Shown in pieces: positions 18,678 to 29,422 of a DNA stretch of 64,000 nucleotides. The notes below the pieces were generated by a model. It was not told the DNA's origin. It searched no databases and was given only the letters and a program-made list of their open reading frames with translations. Source of the DNA: Treponemataceae bacterium (GTDB lineage Bacteria; Spirochaetota; Spirochaetia; Treponematales; Rectinemataceae); assembly GCA_963678065.2 (NCBI GenBank), contig CAXXVZ010000003.1:2048001-2112000 (forward strand), written 5' to 3'. Made by a program: the position numbers and the translations under genes. Each line of letters starts with the position of its first letter. The stretch's first letter is position 1.

Positions 18678-19976
18678 TCACTCCACGGAAAAAGCGCGGG
18701 CGGGGCTGATTTTCACCGCGGACCGAACAGGGCCCGACACAGCCAGAAGGCTCGCAACGATCATCACCGCGAGAACGAAGGCCCAGGCAGAGGGATCCAC
18801 AAGCGGCGCCAGTCTCCCCTTGCTGAGGAACACGTCGAAGCCGGGAATCCACGAAAGCGAAAACGAGGATGCGATCCGCAGCAGACCTGTGCCGCAGGCC
18901 AGCCCGACGCATGAGGCGGCGAGGGAAAGCATGCCCGCCTCAACCAGGAACATCAAGGCCACGCCCCGGGCCGGCATTCCAAGGGCGCGCATCGTCCCGA
19001 TCTCCCTCGTCCTCTCGATGACGACAACCCTGTAGGTGTTGGTGATTCCCAGAACGACGATTCCGAGAAGAAGCCCCGCGAGGGCGTAGGACATGAGGGA
19101 GAAGACATCGGCGACCTGGCTGATCTGGTAGAGGTGGGCCTCAAGTCCCAGCAGAGAATGCCTGATGCCCTTCCACCCTTCTGCGCCGGTCTGATCCGCC
19201 ATGTCACCCTTGGACGCGACGAGGGGAAACATGGATACCGTCTTTTCGAGCCGGGCCTGAATGTCGGAAAGGCGAGGCCTCGGAGCCCTGCCAGTGAAAT
19301 GGGCTCCGACGTAGGTTGCCCAGGAAGAATCGTAGCGCAGGAGTTCCTTCAGAAAGCCGTTGTCGACATAGGAAGTATACTGGCCGAAGAGACTGGAATC
19401 CCGGAAAATGCCCCTCACGACGAGGGTGGCCGAGTTTCTCTGACCTGTATAGGTGTCGGTAAGGAGGGTGACGCGGTCTCCTGCGTGGACATCGAGAGCC
19501 TCGGCGACGGGTTCGGAGATGATGAGCCCCTCCGCCTTCGCCATCCCGGCGGTGCCACCCTCCACAAAATTGAGTTTGTCGAAAAACCGTCCTTCGCGGT
19601 CCCATTCGACGCCTGAAACCATCTTCTGGCGGACAGAGAGCCCGCGGTTGACGAGGAAAATGTTGGGCGAACGATCTTCCGTCCGTGGAGAAGCCACGAT
19701 GGAGGCGCCAGGCAGGGATTCAAGCGCGTCGACGATCTTCGAGGCCGAATCCGTCGTCTGGAAGCTATCGTCGCGGTGTCCGAGGACGGAAAAGTCCCCG
19801 CCATAGTACACTGAGGCCTTTTCCAGAAGACTCGCGCGCATTCCTCCGATCGCCCCATACACCAGAGTCAGAATGGCGCAACCGAAGGCGATCGCAGTGG
19901 CCAGGGACAGTGATCGTCCTTTCTGCCGCACAAGATTGCGGATCGCAAGACGCATCGTAGTTTTTATGCCTCTCAT
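18678..19976 (-). CDS. ABC permease, LolE/FtsX/MacB family
   Basis: Start re-set to ATG 19976; LAIRNLVRQKGRS, ERTREIGTMRALGM. Confidence 0.85.
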   Translation of the reverse strand: MRGIKTTMRLAIRNLVRQKGRSLSLATAIAFGCAILTLVYGAIGGMRASLLEKASVYYGGDFSVLGHRDDSFQTTDSASKIVDALESLPGASIVASPRTEDRSPNIFLVNRGLSVRQKMVSGVEWDREGRFFDKLNFVEGGTAGMAKAEGLIISEPVAEALDVHAGDRVTLLTDTYTGQRNSATLVVRGIFRDSSLFGQYTSYVDNGFLKELLRYDSSWATYVGAHFTGRAPRPRLSDIQARLEKTVSMFPLVASKGDMADQTGAEGWKGIRHSLLGLEAHLYQISQVADVFSLMSYALAGLLLGIVVLGITNTYRVVVIERTREIGTMRALGMPARGVALMFLVEAGMLSLAASCVGLACGTGLLRIASSFSLSWIPGFDVFLSKGRLAPLVDPSAWAFVLAVMIVASLLAVSGPVRSAVKISPARAFSVE

Positions 19977-21445
19977 TCTGCTGCCAGAGCGCGCACAGGC
20001 TGGATCTTCACCGCATATCGCACGGGGAATATCCACACGAGGGCCCCCACGAGGGCGATGCCGAGATTCTCGTTCACGAGAGTACGGAGTGTGACGACCG
20101 GTTTCAGCGTCGTCGATCCGAACAAGGTGACGAGGACCTGATTCCCGACAGGGATGCCCGATGCCGCGATAGCGAAGGCGATGGACGCGCCAAGGGTTGT
20201 CCCGATGAGCGAGGCGGAAAGAGTCAGCATCAGTGTTTCCCAAAAAAAGAGCCCGGCTACGAAGTCTTTCCCCGCACCGAGCGCGCGCATTGTCCCGATT
20301 TCGCCTGTTCTTTCGACCACGGCCATCATGAGGGCGTTGACGAGTATGATGGCCGCACCAAAGAACACGATACCCATGCCGATATTGAACACGACGCGAA
20401 TCCACGACACGAAGAGAGCGGAATCGCCGGATGTTCCCCGCCAACCATCGATCCGCACTCCAAAGGAGACGAGACGAGGGTTAGCCGACAGCGTCTTTTT
20501 CACGCGCTCCGCATCGACGCCTTTTTTCAGTTTGATGAGGATATAATTCCACTTGTCCGGGTCAGGCTTCGGAAGTTCCGAAGAGACCGAGGCCTTGAGT
20601 CTCTGTTCCACGAAGTCCAGGGAAATACCCTCCCCTTTCTGCGTGACCGAATCGGAAGCGCCCGAAAACAGGGAATCGATATCTGAAGCCGCGATGGGTG
20701 CCGTGGCAGGAGCAACCGGAACCGGGGCGGCTTTCGGGCCTGCGGCTTCATTATTCCTTACCATCCCAAGAAGATTTTTCAACGACGCCGCATCGGCAAG
20801 CACGATGGAGTCGAGTGTTTCATTGCGGACAGGATAGGAGAGAATCCCCCTCAAAGGCAGTTCGACGATGGAAAAGCCGAGGGAGGAAAAAACGCTTAAT
20901 CTGACAGAGTCGCCCGGAACGAGAATCTTGCCGGTCGATTTTCCGATCGCCTCGACCCTCTCCCTCGTGATCATGATTCCGGGCTCGTCAGGAATGAGAA
21001 GACGTCCCTCCTGCGCGACAATTCCCGGGAAAAGCGCGAAATAATCGTGAGGCTCGATCCCAAAGACAAAAGCGGGTTTGCGGTAATCTCCCGACTCGAC
21101 GAGAACCTGCCCTGACACGAGAGATGCCGTTCTTTCGATCCCGGATGTCGAATCGAGAACGACCCTGGTTTCAGAGTATGATGGAAGTACTGGTAGAAGC
21201 GAAAGGTCGCCGACAATCGGTGTCTGGTTGCCGAAAAGGCTGAACTGCTGCCCCGATCGCGCGCTCGCCGAAAGATCTCCGGTGAACCCTTCGGAGTAGA
21301 CCTTCCTGACACCGGAATCGGTGCCGTCAAGAAAGGCGTTCCCGAGGGCCATGATCGCCGCGCAGCCGGCGACAAGAAGACCGAGGACCATGTTGCGGCG
21401 AGAATTCCGGAAAAGATTCCTGACGGCGAGATGTACGATCCTCAT
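19973..21445 (-). CDS. ABC permease, LolE/FtsX/MacB family
   Basis: LAVRNLFRNSRRN, ERTGEIGTMRALGA, large periplasmic domain. Confidence 0.85.
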   Translation of the reverse strand: MRIVHLAVRNLFRNSRRNMVLGLLVAGCAAIMALGNAFLDGTDSGVRKVYSEGFTGDLSASARSGQQFSLFGNQTPIVGDLSLLPVLPSYSETRVVLDSTSGIERTASLVSGQVLVESGDYRKPAFVFGIEPHDYFALFPGIVAQEGRLLIPDEPGIMITRERVEAIGKSTGKILVPGDSVRLSVFSSLGFSIVELPLRGILSYPVRNETLDSIVLADAASLKNLLGMVRNNEAAGPKAAPVPVAPATAPIAASDIDSLFSGASDSVTQKGEGISLDFVEQRLKASVSSELPKPDPDKWNYILIKLKKGVDAERVKKTLSANPRLVSFGVRIDGWRGTSGDSALFVSWIRVVFNIGMGIVFFGAAIILVNALMMAVVERTGEIGTMRALGAGKDFVAGLFFWETLMLTLSASLIGTTLGASIAFAIAASGIPVGNQVLVTLFGSTTLKPVVTLRTLVNENLGIALVGALVWIFPVRYAVKIQPVRALAAE

Positions 21446-21457
21446 TGATCCGCGATT

Positions 21458-22528
21458 CTATCGCTTTTCATAATTCGAGTCGATCCACTTCAGGTATTCG
21501 CCCGTCCTGATCCTGTCGGTCCATCCACGGTGAGAGAGGTACCAATCTACAGTCCGCTCGAGCCCTTCGTCGAACGAAACCATCTGCATCCATCCAAGCT
21601 CGCTCTTCAGCTTCGAGCAATCGATGGCGTAGCGCCTGTCATGCCCCGGTCTGTCCTTGACGGTCGTGATGAGGGCATGCAGGCTCTGCGCGCCGGCTCC
21701 AGTTTTCTCGGCGACGATCTCGATGAGTCTGTAAAGGAGCTTGATGTTCTCCCACTCGTTCTCGCCGCCGATGTTGTAGGATTCCCCTTCCCTGCCCTTC
21801 TGCATGACGAGCCAGACGGCCGCATTGTGGTCCTCCACATAAAGCCAGTCTCTGATGTATCTGCCATCGCCGTAGACAGGGAGGTTTTTCTTCTCGAGCA
21901 TATTGAGGACCATGAGCGGAATCAGTTTCTCGGGGAACTGATAGGGGCCGTAATTGTTCGAGCAATTAGTCAGTGTGATGGGCAGGCCGTAGGTGTGGTG
22001 ATAGGCTCTGACGAGGTGATCCGACGAAGCCTTCGAGGCGGAATAAGGACTGCGGGGATCGTACGCTGTATCCTCGCGGAAATACCCCTCGGCGCCGAGA
22101 GAACCGTAGACTTCGTCGGTGCTCACATGGTGGAAGAGGCAGCCTTCCCTGTCCTTCCACGCGTTTTTCGCGACATCGAGCAGAGTAAAAGTCCCCATCA
22201 CATTCGTCTTGATGAAGGCCTCGGGTCCGAGAATCGAGCGGTCAACATGACTTTCCGCCGCGAAGTGGACAACGGCATCGATCCCGTACTTTTCGAATAT
22301 CCGCTCGACGAGGGCGCGATCGCAGATGTCCCCGTGCTCGAAGAAATAACGCGTGCCTCCCTGTTCCTCTTCGACCGAAGCCAGGTTCTCCTGATTTCCC
22401 GCGTAGGTAAGGGCGTCGAGATTGACTATCCGGCCATCGAAACCTGCTTTACCGAACAGATAGTGGATAAAATTCGATCCGATGAAACCGGCCCCGCCGG
22501 TGACGAGGATACTTTTCAGACTCCGCAT
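21458..22528 (-). CDS. rfbB: dTDP-glucose 4,6-dehydratase
   Basis: GGAGFIGSNF, HFAAESHVDRSI, STDEVYG, YSASK, DRPGHDRRYAID. Confidence 0.97.
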   Translation of the reverse strand: MRSLKSILVTGGAGFIGSNFIHYLFGKAGFDGRIVNLDALTYAGNQENLASVEEEQGGTRYFFEHGDICDRALVERIFEKYGIDAVVHFAAESHVDRSILGPEAFIKTNVMGTFTLLDVAKNAWKDREGCLFHHVSTDEVYGSLGAEGYFREDTAYDPRSPYSASKASSDHLVRAYHHTYGLPITLTNCSNNYGPYQFPEKLIPLMVLNMLEKKNLPVYGDGRYIRDWLYVEDHNAAVWLVMQKGREGESYNIGGENEWENIKLLYRLIEIVAEKTGAGAQSLHALITTVKDRPGHDRRYAIDCSKLKSELGWMQMVSFDEGLERTVDWYLSHRGWTDRIRTGEYLKWIDSNYEKR

Positions 22529-22539
22529 GCTTTCTCCTT

Positions 22540-23412
22540 TTATCGCTTATCTGCAGCTATCGAAGCGAGGTATGCGTCGAGACTCAGATTCCAGGCCGGT
22601 GTCGCACAACCTAGTACATCCCGAATCTTGCACTTGGATAGGACAGACCAGGCTGGCCGCTTTGTCTTTGTGGGATACTCGTCAGTGCGAAGCGGCTTCA
22701 CAGGGATTTCTCGCGTCAGAAGGCCGTATTTTAATCCAAGTCTCCGAATTTCGAGCGCGAGGTCGTACCAGCTGATATTGCCTTCATCCGTGAAGTGATA
22801 GGTCCCGTAGGCCGATGAATCGCAAATGATGATGGTCGCAATGGCCTCAGCGAGATCGCGAGCCCAGGTCGGGGACCCCCGCTGGTCCGCCACAACACCG
22901 ATCGAGTCCTTTGTCTCCATGAGCTTGAGCATCGTGTGCACAAAACTGCTCCCGTGCTTTCCGTACAGCCACGCGGTGCGAAGGATGAAGTGGCGTGCAC
23001 AACCGTCGCGCACAAGGACTTCCCCCTCGGCTTTCGTGCGGCCGTACATGCCCGTCGGCCCCACCGGATCATCCTCCGTATAAGGTCTCGTGCCATCGCC
23101 ATCGAACACATAATCCGTCGAAATATGGATGAACCTTGCCCCGATTTCAGAGGCCAGCTTTGCCATGTTGGCCGGACCCACGGCATTGATTTTCCGCGCG
23201 AGGTCGACTTCGTCCTCGGCCTTGTCCACGGCTGTGTAAGCCGCACAATTGACTATCCAAGGAACATCCTTCCCGACGCAGGCTGCACGGAGCGCCTCCG
23301 GATCGACTATATCGCACTCCCTATCTGTCCCGAAAAATGCCATCCCATGCCGTCCAAAGCATTCCGAAAGCTCCGTTCCGAGCATACCTTTATTGCCGAT
23401 GAGCCAGATCAT
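22540..23412 (-). CDS. rfbD: dTDP-4-dehydrorhamnose reductase
   Basis: Start re-set to ATG 23412; GNKGMLG, NCAAYTAVDKAE, ISTDYVFDG, YGRTK. Confidence 0.96.
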   Translation of the reverse strand: MIWLIGNKGMLGTELSECFGRHGMAFFGTDRECDIVDPEALRAACVGKDVPWIVNCAAYTAVDKAEDEVDLARKINAVGPANMAKLASEIGARFIHISTDYVFDGDGTRPYTEDDPVGPTGMYGRTKAEGEVLVRDGCARHFILRTAWLYGKHGSSFVHTMLKLMETKDSIGVVADQRGSPTWARDLAEAIATIIICDSSAYGTYHFTDEGNISWYDLALEIRRLGLKYGLLTREIPVKPLRTDEYPTKTKRPAWSVLSKCKIRDVLGCATPAWNLSLDAYLASIAADKR

Positions 23413-23425
23413 TGTTTCTTCCTTG

Positions 23426-23971
23426 CTAGAAGCGGTACGAATCCCTGAACCAGCCGAGACCGGCGTCCCGCGGGGAGACACTGACATCCGTCTCGGGCCA
23501 CGCAACTGCGAGGTCAGGATCATTCCAGCGGATTCCGGATTCGGTTCCCGAATCATATTCGTTTGTACACTTGTACAGAAGATGAACGGTTTCGCTCAAG
23601 ACTACAAACCCGTGCGCGAATCCGGGAGGGATCCACAGCATGAACCCGGTTTCACCTGAGAGTTCGATGCCTTCCCATTTTCCGAGAGTCGGCGAATTGG
23701 CCCGAAGATCGACGGCGACGTCCCATATTCTGCCTTCAACCGCGCGTACTAGCTTCCCTTGAGCACTGGGGGTTTTCTGAAAGTGCAGCCCCCGCAATAC
23801 GCCTTTAGAAGAAAATGAATGATTGTCCTGGACAAAGGGCAGCCTGATCCCGGCGCCAGCGAACTCCGACATCTTGTAGGTTTCGTAGAAGTACCCTCGC
23901 GAATCGGGGAATACTCTCGGCTTGACAAGAACAAGCCCATCGATGGAGAGGGGTTCGAAAACGAAGGGCAT
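23426..23971 (-). CDS. rfbC: dTDP-4-dehydrorhamnose 3,5-epimerase
   Basis: DSRGYFYE, FVQDNHS, GVLRGLHFQ, GFAHGF. Confidence 0.97.
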   Translation of the reverse strand: MPFVFEPLSIDGLVLVKPRVFPDSRGYFYETYKMSEFAGAGIRLPFVQDNHSFSSKGVLRGLHFQKTPSAQGKLVRAVEGRIWDVAVDLRANSPTLGKWEGIELSGETGFMLWIPPGFAHGFVVLSETVHLLYKCTNEYDSGTESGIRWNDPDLAVAWPETDVSVSPRDAGLGWFRDSYRF

Positions 23972-23973
23972 AC

Positions 23974-24849
23974 TCAGACCTCACTCTCGTCGACGATACG
24001 GAGCAGATACTCGCCATAGGACGATTTTTTGAGCCGCTCGGCCAACACACGGAACTGAGCAAGATCGATAAAGCCCATTCCGAGAGCGATTTCTTCGATG
24101 CAGGCTATCTTGTAGCTCTGCCGCTCCTCCACCATCCTTATGAAGGACGTAGCATCGGCCAGCGAGTCGTGAGTCCCGGTATCGAGCCACGCAAACCCGC
24201 GCCCCATCAGCTTGACCGAGAGCTGACCACGCCTCAGGTATTCCCTGTTCACATCCGTGATCTCGTATTCTCCCCGCGCCGAAGGTTTGAGGTTAGCGGC
24301 AATATCGACCACGGTATTGTCATAAAAATAGAGTCCGACGACAGCGTGGTTCGACTTCGGCATCGCAGGTTTTTCCTCGATCGAGAGAACCGTACCGTCC
24401 TTTGCGAACTCCACGACTCCAAAGCGTCCAGGGTCCCTCACATAATACCCGAAAACGATGGCTCCGGAACGAAGCGACGCCGCTTCCCGGACGAGGTCAG
24501 AAAAACCGTGCCCATAGAAAATATTATCTCCAAGCACGAGACAGACAGAGTCATTCCCGATGAATTCCCTACCGAGCACGAAAGCCTGCGCGAGGCCGTT
24601 GGGAACCTCCTGGACCTTGTACTCCAGCTCCATCCCGTAGTCCGAGCCATCTCCGAGCAGGTTTCGGAAAAGCGGCGTCGATTCCGGCGTAGAGATGATC
24701 AGTATTTCCCGTATGCCCGCGAGCATCAGCGCCGAGAGAGGATAATAGATCATCGGCTTGTCGTAAACAGGCAGTAATTGCTTACAAATTACGGAAGTTG
24801 CCGGGTACAGACGGGTTCCCGCCCCCCCGGCAAGAATGATTCCTTTCAT
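23974..24849 (-). CDS. rfbA: glucose-1-phosphate thymidylyltransferase
   Basis: [41 protein letters not shown]. Confidence 0.97.
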   Translation of the reverse strand: MKGIILAGGAGTRLYPATSVICKQLLPVYDKPMIYYPLSALMLAGIREILIISTPESTPLFRNLLGDGSDYGMELEYKVQEVPNGLAQAFVLGREFIGNDSVCLVLGDNIFYGHGFSDLVREAASLRSGAIVFGYYVRDPGRFGVVEFAKDGTVLSIEEKPAMPKSNHAVVGLYFYDNTVVDIAANLKPSARGEYEITDVNREYLRRGQLSVKLMGRGFAWLDTGTHDSLADATSFIRMVEERQSYKIACIEEIALGMGFIDLAQFRVLAERLKKSSYGEYLLRIVDESEV

Positions 24850-24865
24850 CTTTTTTCCTTCTGAA

Positions 24866-25777
24866 TCATTTTTTCAGGGCTTTTCCGAAGACGCTCCTGA
24901 CTGTTGAAATGACGAATTTCTTATTTTCGGAAAATCCGAAATTTGGATTACATAGTTGTATCGCAAGAAGCGGCATGCAGGCGAACCGAAAAACTAAAAA
25001 ATGGAATTCACTAAGGATAATCTGGTTGTATAGGATCAGGCTTTTATATGTTTCAATTCTGGTCTGGTTGTTGCGCCTTCTTCCACCACCTTCCAGATGT
25101 ATTATACCGGTATCACAGTAGAGGTTCGAAGCAAAACCCATTTTTTTCATGCGAAACTGTAGTTCGGTATCTTCGAAATACATGAAAAACCGTTCATCGA
25201 ACCCTCCCACAAGAGAAAAAACAGCACGGGAAACTACCAAGGCGGCGCCGGTCACATAATCCACAGGGAGCCATTTCCCCCTTTCCTGAAGCAGGGTATT
25301 CAGCTCCATAGTTGTATCCCGCCCCTTGGAAAAGTTACTTTTCCAGATCAAAAGCTGGTTCAGTATACTTGGGAAACGTCCGGATGAATGCACAGGTGTT
25401 CCATCCGGGGCGGTAAGAATGCATCCGAAGCACCCCGAGACAACATCACTATGCTCCATGGCCGATTCGACCATGTGGATGAGCTGATCAGGATCAACTA
25501 TGGTATCGTTGTTGAGAAACATCAGATAGTCTGAATTGGCCATCCGTGCACCAGCATTGCATGCAGCGCCATACCCACGGTTTGCGTCGAGCTGGAGCAA
25601 CGTATACTTTGTCCGGTCTGTATCGGACAAATCATAACTCCCCGGTGGCGAGGCGTTGTCGACTACGATAATCGCTGAGTATGCATCTATCCGATCGATA
25701 AATGAATTCAGGCAGTTGCTGAGGTTGGCCCCCCCCCCATAGTTGATGACAATGATACTTAGGTCATTCCGCCTCAC
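24866..25777 (-). CDS. GT2 glycosyltransferase (WbbL-like rhamnosyltransferase)
   Basis: [36 protein letters not shown]10 tract near the 5' end. Confidence 0.88.
   Translation of the reverse strand: MRRNDLSIIVINYGGGANLSNCLNSFIDRIDAYSAIIVVDNASPPGSYDLSDTDRTKYTLLQLDANRGYGAACNAGARMANSDYLMFLNNDTIVDPDQLIHMVESAMEHSDVVSGCFGCILTAPDGTPVHSSGRFPSILNQLLIWKSNFSKGRDTTMELNTLLQERGKWLPVDYVTGAALVVSRAVFSLVGGFDERFFMYFEDTELQFRMKKMGFASNLYCDTGIIHLEGGGRRRNNQTRIETYKSLILYNQIILSEFHFLVFRFACMPLLAIQLCNPNFGFSENKKFVISTVRSVFGKALKK
25729..25738 (-). repeat. G10 homopolymer in the GT2 coding sequence
   Basis: C10 on the + strand, encoding Y-GGG-A at codons ~14-17. Confidence 0.9.
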
Positions 25778-26880
25778 AGGAATTCTCCGAAAGCACTGAG
25801 GATACCGTCCGAAAAACGCTCGAAATTAAAAAAACCGACCCGTTCTTGCCCACGGTTGACTAGGCTATCGCAAATATCGGAACGAGATAGAATCGTTTCA
25901 ATATTCTTTCGAAAACCTTCTTCATCGAGAGGGTCGCAGTAAAGAGCCGCAGCATCACATGTCTCCCGCAATACCGGAATATCCGAACAGACCACAGGAC
26001 ATCCACAAGACATGGCCTCCAAAGGAGGATATCCAAACCCCTCATAGAGACTGGGAAAAATCAAACAAATCGCTGCGCTATATAGTCGTCGTAATTCAAT
26101 GTCATCAACTTCGTTAAGATAAACGACATGATTGTCCGAAAGATGTTTTTCCGTCTCTCTATCAAGGCCATGCATAAATCCTGATTTTTTCCCGACGACT
26201 ACAAGTTTTATTCCCATAGATGAAAAAAACACAGTAGATTTAATGGCTGTAATGAGATTTTTGTGTGATTTCAGGTTACCGACAAACAAAATGAAAGGAA
26301 AAAATATCGCCGAAGGCCTTTGTTCATCGCGGAAAAATGTCTTGGTGTCCACACAGTTTGCTACAACCCGGATCTTCTCCTCAGCATAATCAAAATGATG
26401 AATAATTCTCTGCTTCGTAAAGTCAGAAACAGAAATAATGATATCACATTTTGTAATAGTAGTATTCAACATAATTTCTGAATATTTTCTTTTAACTTTC
26501 CCAAATCCTGAGACCTTCTCAAGATGAAACATATCATGGATGGTTGCAACTATATGCTTTGCTCTCGGACTAATTGCTGGTATGGCAAAATGAGGAGAGT
26601 AATATACATCACATTCTGGAACAAGTATTGGGATTTCAAGATTCCCCCGGGGGTCATAGACTGATCGTTCATATCTCATCACCCTGTCAAATATTCCTGG
26701 TACTGCTGATTGGATGTCATTTGAATTACCGAGAGCAATTAGCTTCATATCCATTTTTTTGAGCACTGGAAGAATAGTCCGAAGGTAACGGCCGATACCG
26801 GATGAAAGAACCATTCTAGAATCAACAACGATAGTACTCAAAATTGTGACCTTTATATGGATAGCTGCTAAGGCAGACAT
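25774..26880 (-). CDS. GT4 glycosyltransferase (MtfB-like)
   Basis: SGIGRY, TIHD, FVGNLKSHKN, YEGFGYPPLEAM; true start may be TTG 26841. Confidence 0.9.
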   Translation of the reverse strand: MSALAAIHIKVTILSTIVVDSRMVLSSGIGRYLRTILPVLKKMDMKLIALGNSNDIQSAVPGIFDRVMRYERSVYDPRGNLEIPILVPECDVYYSPHFAIPAISPRAKHIVATIHDMFHLEKVSGFGKVKRKYSEIMLNTTITKCDIIISVSDFTKQRIIHHFDYAEEKIRVVANCVDTKTFFRDEQRPSAIFFPFILFVGNLKSHKNLITAIKSTVFFSSMGIKLVVVGKKSGFMHGLDRETEKHLSDNHVVYLNEVDDIELRRLYSAAICLIFPSLYEGFGYPPLEAMSCGCPVVCSDIPVLRETCDAAALYCDPLDEEGFRKNIETILSRSDICDSLVNRGQERVGFFNFERFSDGILSAFGEFL

Positions 26881-27710
26881 ACTCTGGCGGTCTTCTTCAG
26901 AAAAGCCCCTGGGTATGGTCCCAAATAATCCACTATGTACTTCATCCTTACAAAAGGATCTCGGGTAGAAAAAAAACTTCGGTAGTCTTCCAGTATTTTC
27001 TTTTTCTCTCCAGTAATCATAGACTTATGCAAAAAGAAAAACGATTCATTTTCTTTCATCATTCGAAGGTCATCATCATTCAGAAAATGCAGATGCATCT
27101 TTCGTGACCCACCAAATGCGCCTATAGCATTCATAGAATGCTGCCGATAATACATGAGGGCTTCATCTATAAATATTCTTTCTCCCGCTATTTCTGCCAT
27201 TAGATTAATATACCGGTCATACATGATATCAGTGCATGGAAGCATAAAAACCAATTCCAACAATTTTCGATTGATCATCATTGAAGCACCTTGTACCTTA
27301 TTGAACATCAAAGTACCAAAAAAATCCTGATTGATTGCCCATTTCCTGATGAATCTCTTCTTTTTTACTCTTAATTCATCGTCAGTAACACATGCATCAC
27401 AGTGCACGAGAATCGGTCCAGGATGTCGCCGTTCTGCCTCTATCAGGACATCACGCAATAGTTCCAGCTTCGATGGCATCCACACATCATCCTGATCACA
27501 GAATGCAACATATTCGCAGTGGCTCGGCACAGACATCATTAGAGACCGGATAGAACCATTCACCCCTAAATGGTGAGGATTATCATCACCGCGTTCTATC
27601 AGTTCATATTCAATGGTTTGTACGGCAAGCGACTGTCTTAACTCTCCAATATACGGACACTTACCATAAGTTGATAACAGTACGGCCGTATTAATAAGGG
27701 ATTTTTTCAT
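26868..27710 (-). CDS. GT2 glycosyltransferase (RgpB-like rhamnosyltransferase)
   Basis: VLLSTY, FCDQDDVW, VQGASM, YYRQH..NAIG. Confidence 0.85.
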   Translation of the reverse strand: MKKSLINTAVLLSTYGKCPYIGELRQSLAVQTIEYELIERGDDNPHHLGVNGSIRSLMMSVPSHCEYVAFCDQDDVWMPSKLELLRDVLIEAERRHPGPILVHCDACVTDDELRVKKKRFIRKWAINQDFFGTLMFNKVQGASMMINRKLLELVFMLPCTDIMYDRYINLMAEIAGERIFIDEALMYYRQHSMNAIGAFGGSRKMHLHFLNDDDLRMMKENESFFFLHKSMITGEKKKILEDYRSFFSTRDPFVRMKYIVDYLGPYPGAFLKKTARVCLP

Positions 27711-29422
27711 TTGCGCCCGATGATGAATAAAGAATAATCTATCTTTTTGGTAGATAGATTCGGGTTGTAAAATGGATCGTTACTCATAAATCTCCCCCAT
27801 TTCACCATGATAGAGTCAAGTTCTTTTTCCCCTTTCTTCGTCGTATAAGTTAGCTCATCCTTTTTTGCACTTTTTTTCCCTTTATATACAACTTTCACAT
27901 CAGATAGTACTACGTTATAATAATTATTACCAATAAGTTCGAGAAAAATACTTAACCAATAATACTCATTAAAATATTTGCTCAACTGATTTATTTCTTT
28001 AATTTTCTTTTTTTCAAACAAAAAACATGTTTTTGACAAAACCGAGTAATTTGCTTGTGTGGATAATTGACCAACATTTTCTCCTGCTGAATTTTCCGGA
28101 TAACCCGCATGATGATATCTGATTACTTTTCCCGCCCCCAAAACACCCCCAGCAAACAAAATCCTTCGTTCTTCATTGAGTATTACGGGAGAAACAGCGC
28201 CAACATGTCCCTGACATGCAAATCCCATCATTCGGTCTAGCCAATCCTTTGTCGAAAAATAACATCCACCGTCAAGGAATAATATTAATTCACCTAAACA
28301 ATCACGTACTATTCCGCCTATTTCATTGTTGTAATTATTTTTTACTATTTTTACTTTTATAATAAGATCTTCTGTAGAATGGACAAAAACAAATTTTTCA
28401 CTGAGAACAATTACTTCTTTTACATATTTCGAACCGAAAAACAGTTCATTTATTGTATCCTGAACTAGAACACTATCAAATCCAATTCCATTTATTACTA
28501 CGGTCACCAATTTTGTAGCTGGAACAAAATATTTAATAAAATAATAACTATCATTAATAGCAGATCTCGAGATACATGCATTAACAGTTCTTCTCTTCAA
28601 AGCATTCATAACTGCTTCAGCAGAAACCTGCGGTATATATTTTTTTTCACTTTCCTTTCTGGCAGTGGATCCACGAATTGATCGCCAATGGTAGAGTATA
28701 TGAGAAATATGAATTATGTTTTTCGTTTGTTCCGTAGCTCTGAGAATAAAGTCATAATCTTGAGCCCCATCGAGAAGAGAATTGAATACCCCTACTTCTT
28801 TTATTATCCTCCGGCTCAAAACACAAAAATGCGACATATACATTTTGCATAACAAAAGATCAGGTGACCAATCCGGTTTAAAATAAGGAGAGTACCTTAT
28901 GCCTCTAGGGCTGATTTTATCTTCATCAGAATATACAATATCAGCATCAGCGTTCTTATAGAGACCCAATGTATGAACAATCATTTCAAGAGCGTATTTG
29001 CTCAACAAATCATCATGATCAAGAAAGCCAATATAATCCCCGGTTGACATACATAACCCTTCATTAGTTGCACTTGATATTCCGCCTTTTTTCTCTTTAA
29101 AGGTATATCTAATTCTTTTGTCTTTTTTTGAATATTTTTGAACTATATTTCTGCAGTTTTTGACATTAGAAGCATCATCGATTATTAAAAGCTCAAAATT
29201 CTCATATGTTTGCCCTAATACGGACTTGATGGCCTTTCTTAAATACTTGATATTAGAATTGTATGTTGGCATGATTATAGAAAATAAAACTTTTCTGTCA
29301 TGTATTTTAACATTACCATGCACTTTTTTTTCTACAAAAAATATCCAGCTACTATAATATACAAATTTTGAAATTTTTAGACATATTTTTTTAAAAATAC
29401 TAGTAAATTTTAGTATCTTCAT
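27707..29422 (-). CDS. two-domain GT2 glycosyltransferase (WsaE-like; second domain degenerate)
   Basis: SIIMPTYN, FLDHDD, YSDEDK, FKPDWSPDLL, GAQDYD, DPFYNPNLS. Confidence 0.88.
   Translation of the reverse strand: MKILKFTSIFKKICLKISKFVYYSSWIFFVEKKVHGNVKIHDRKVLFSIIMPTYNSNIKYLRKAIKSVLGQTYENFELLIIDDASNVKNCRNIVQKYSKKDKRIRYTFKEKKGGISSATNEGLCMSTGDYIGFLDHDDLLSKYALEMIVHTLGLYKNADADIVYSDEDKISPRGIRYSPYFKPDWSPDLLLCKMYMSHFCVLSRRIIKEVGVFNSLLDGAQDYDFILRATEQTKNIIHISHILYHWRSIRGSTARKESEKKYIPQVSAEAVMNALKRRTVNACISRSAINDSYYFIKYFVPATKLVTVVINGIGFDSVLVQDTINELFFGSKYVKEVIVLSEKFVFVHSTEDLIIKVKIVKNNYNNEIGGIVRDCLGELILFLDGGCYFSTKDWLDRMMGFACQGHVGAVSPVILNEERRILFAGGVLGAGKVIRYHHAGYPENSAGENVGQLSTQANYSVLSKTCFLFEKKKIKEINQLSKYFNEYYWLSIFLELIGNNYYNVVLSDVKVVYKGKKSAKKDELTYTTKKGEKELDSIMVKWGRFMSNDPFYNPNLSTKKIDYSLFIIGRK

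Noticed and set aside
24822..24828. G7 tract in rfbA as a phase-variation site
   Set aside because: Short, and it encodes the conserved LAGGxG motif
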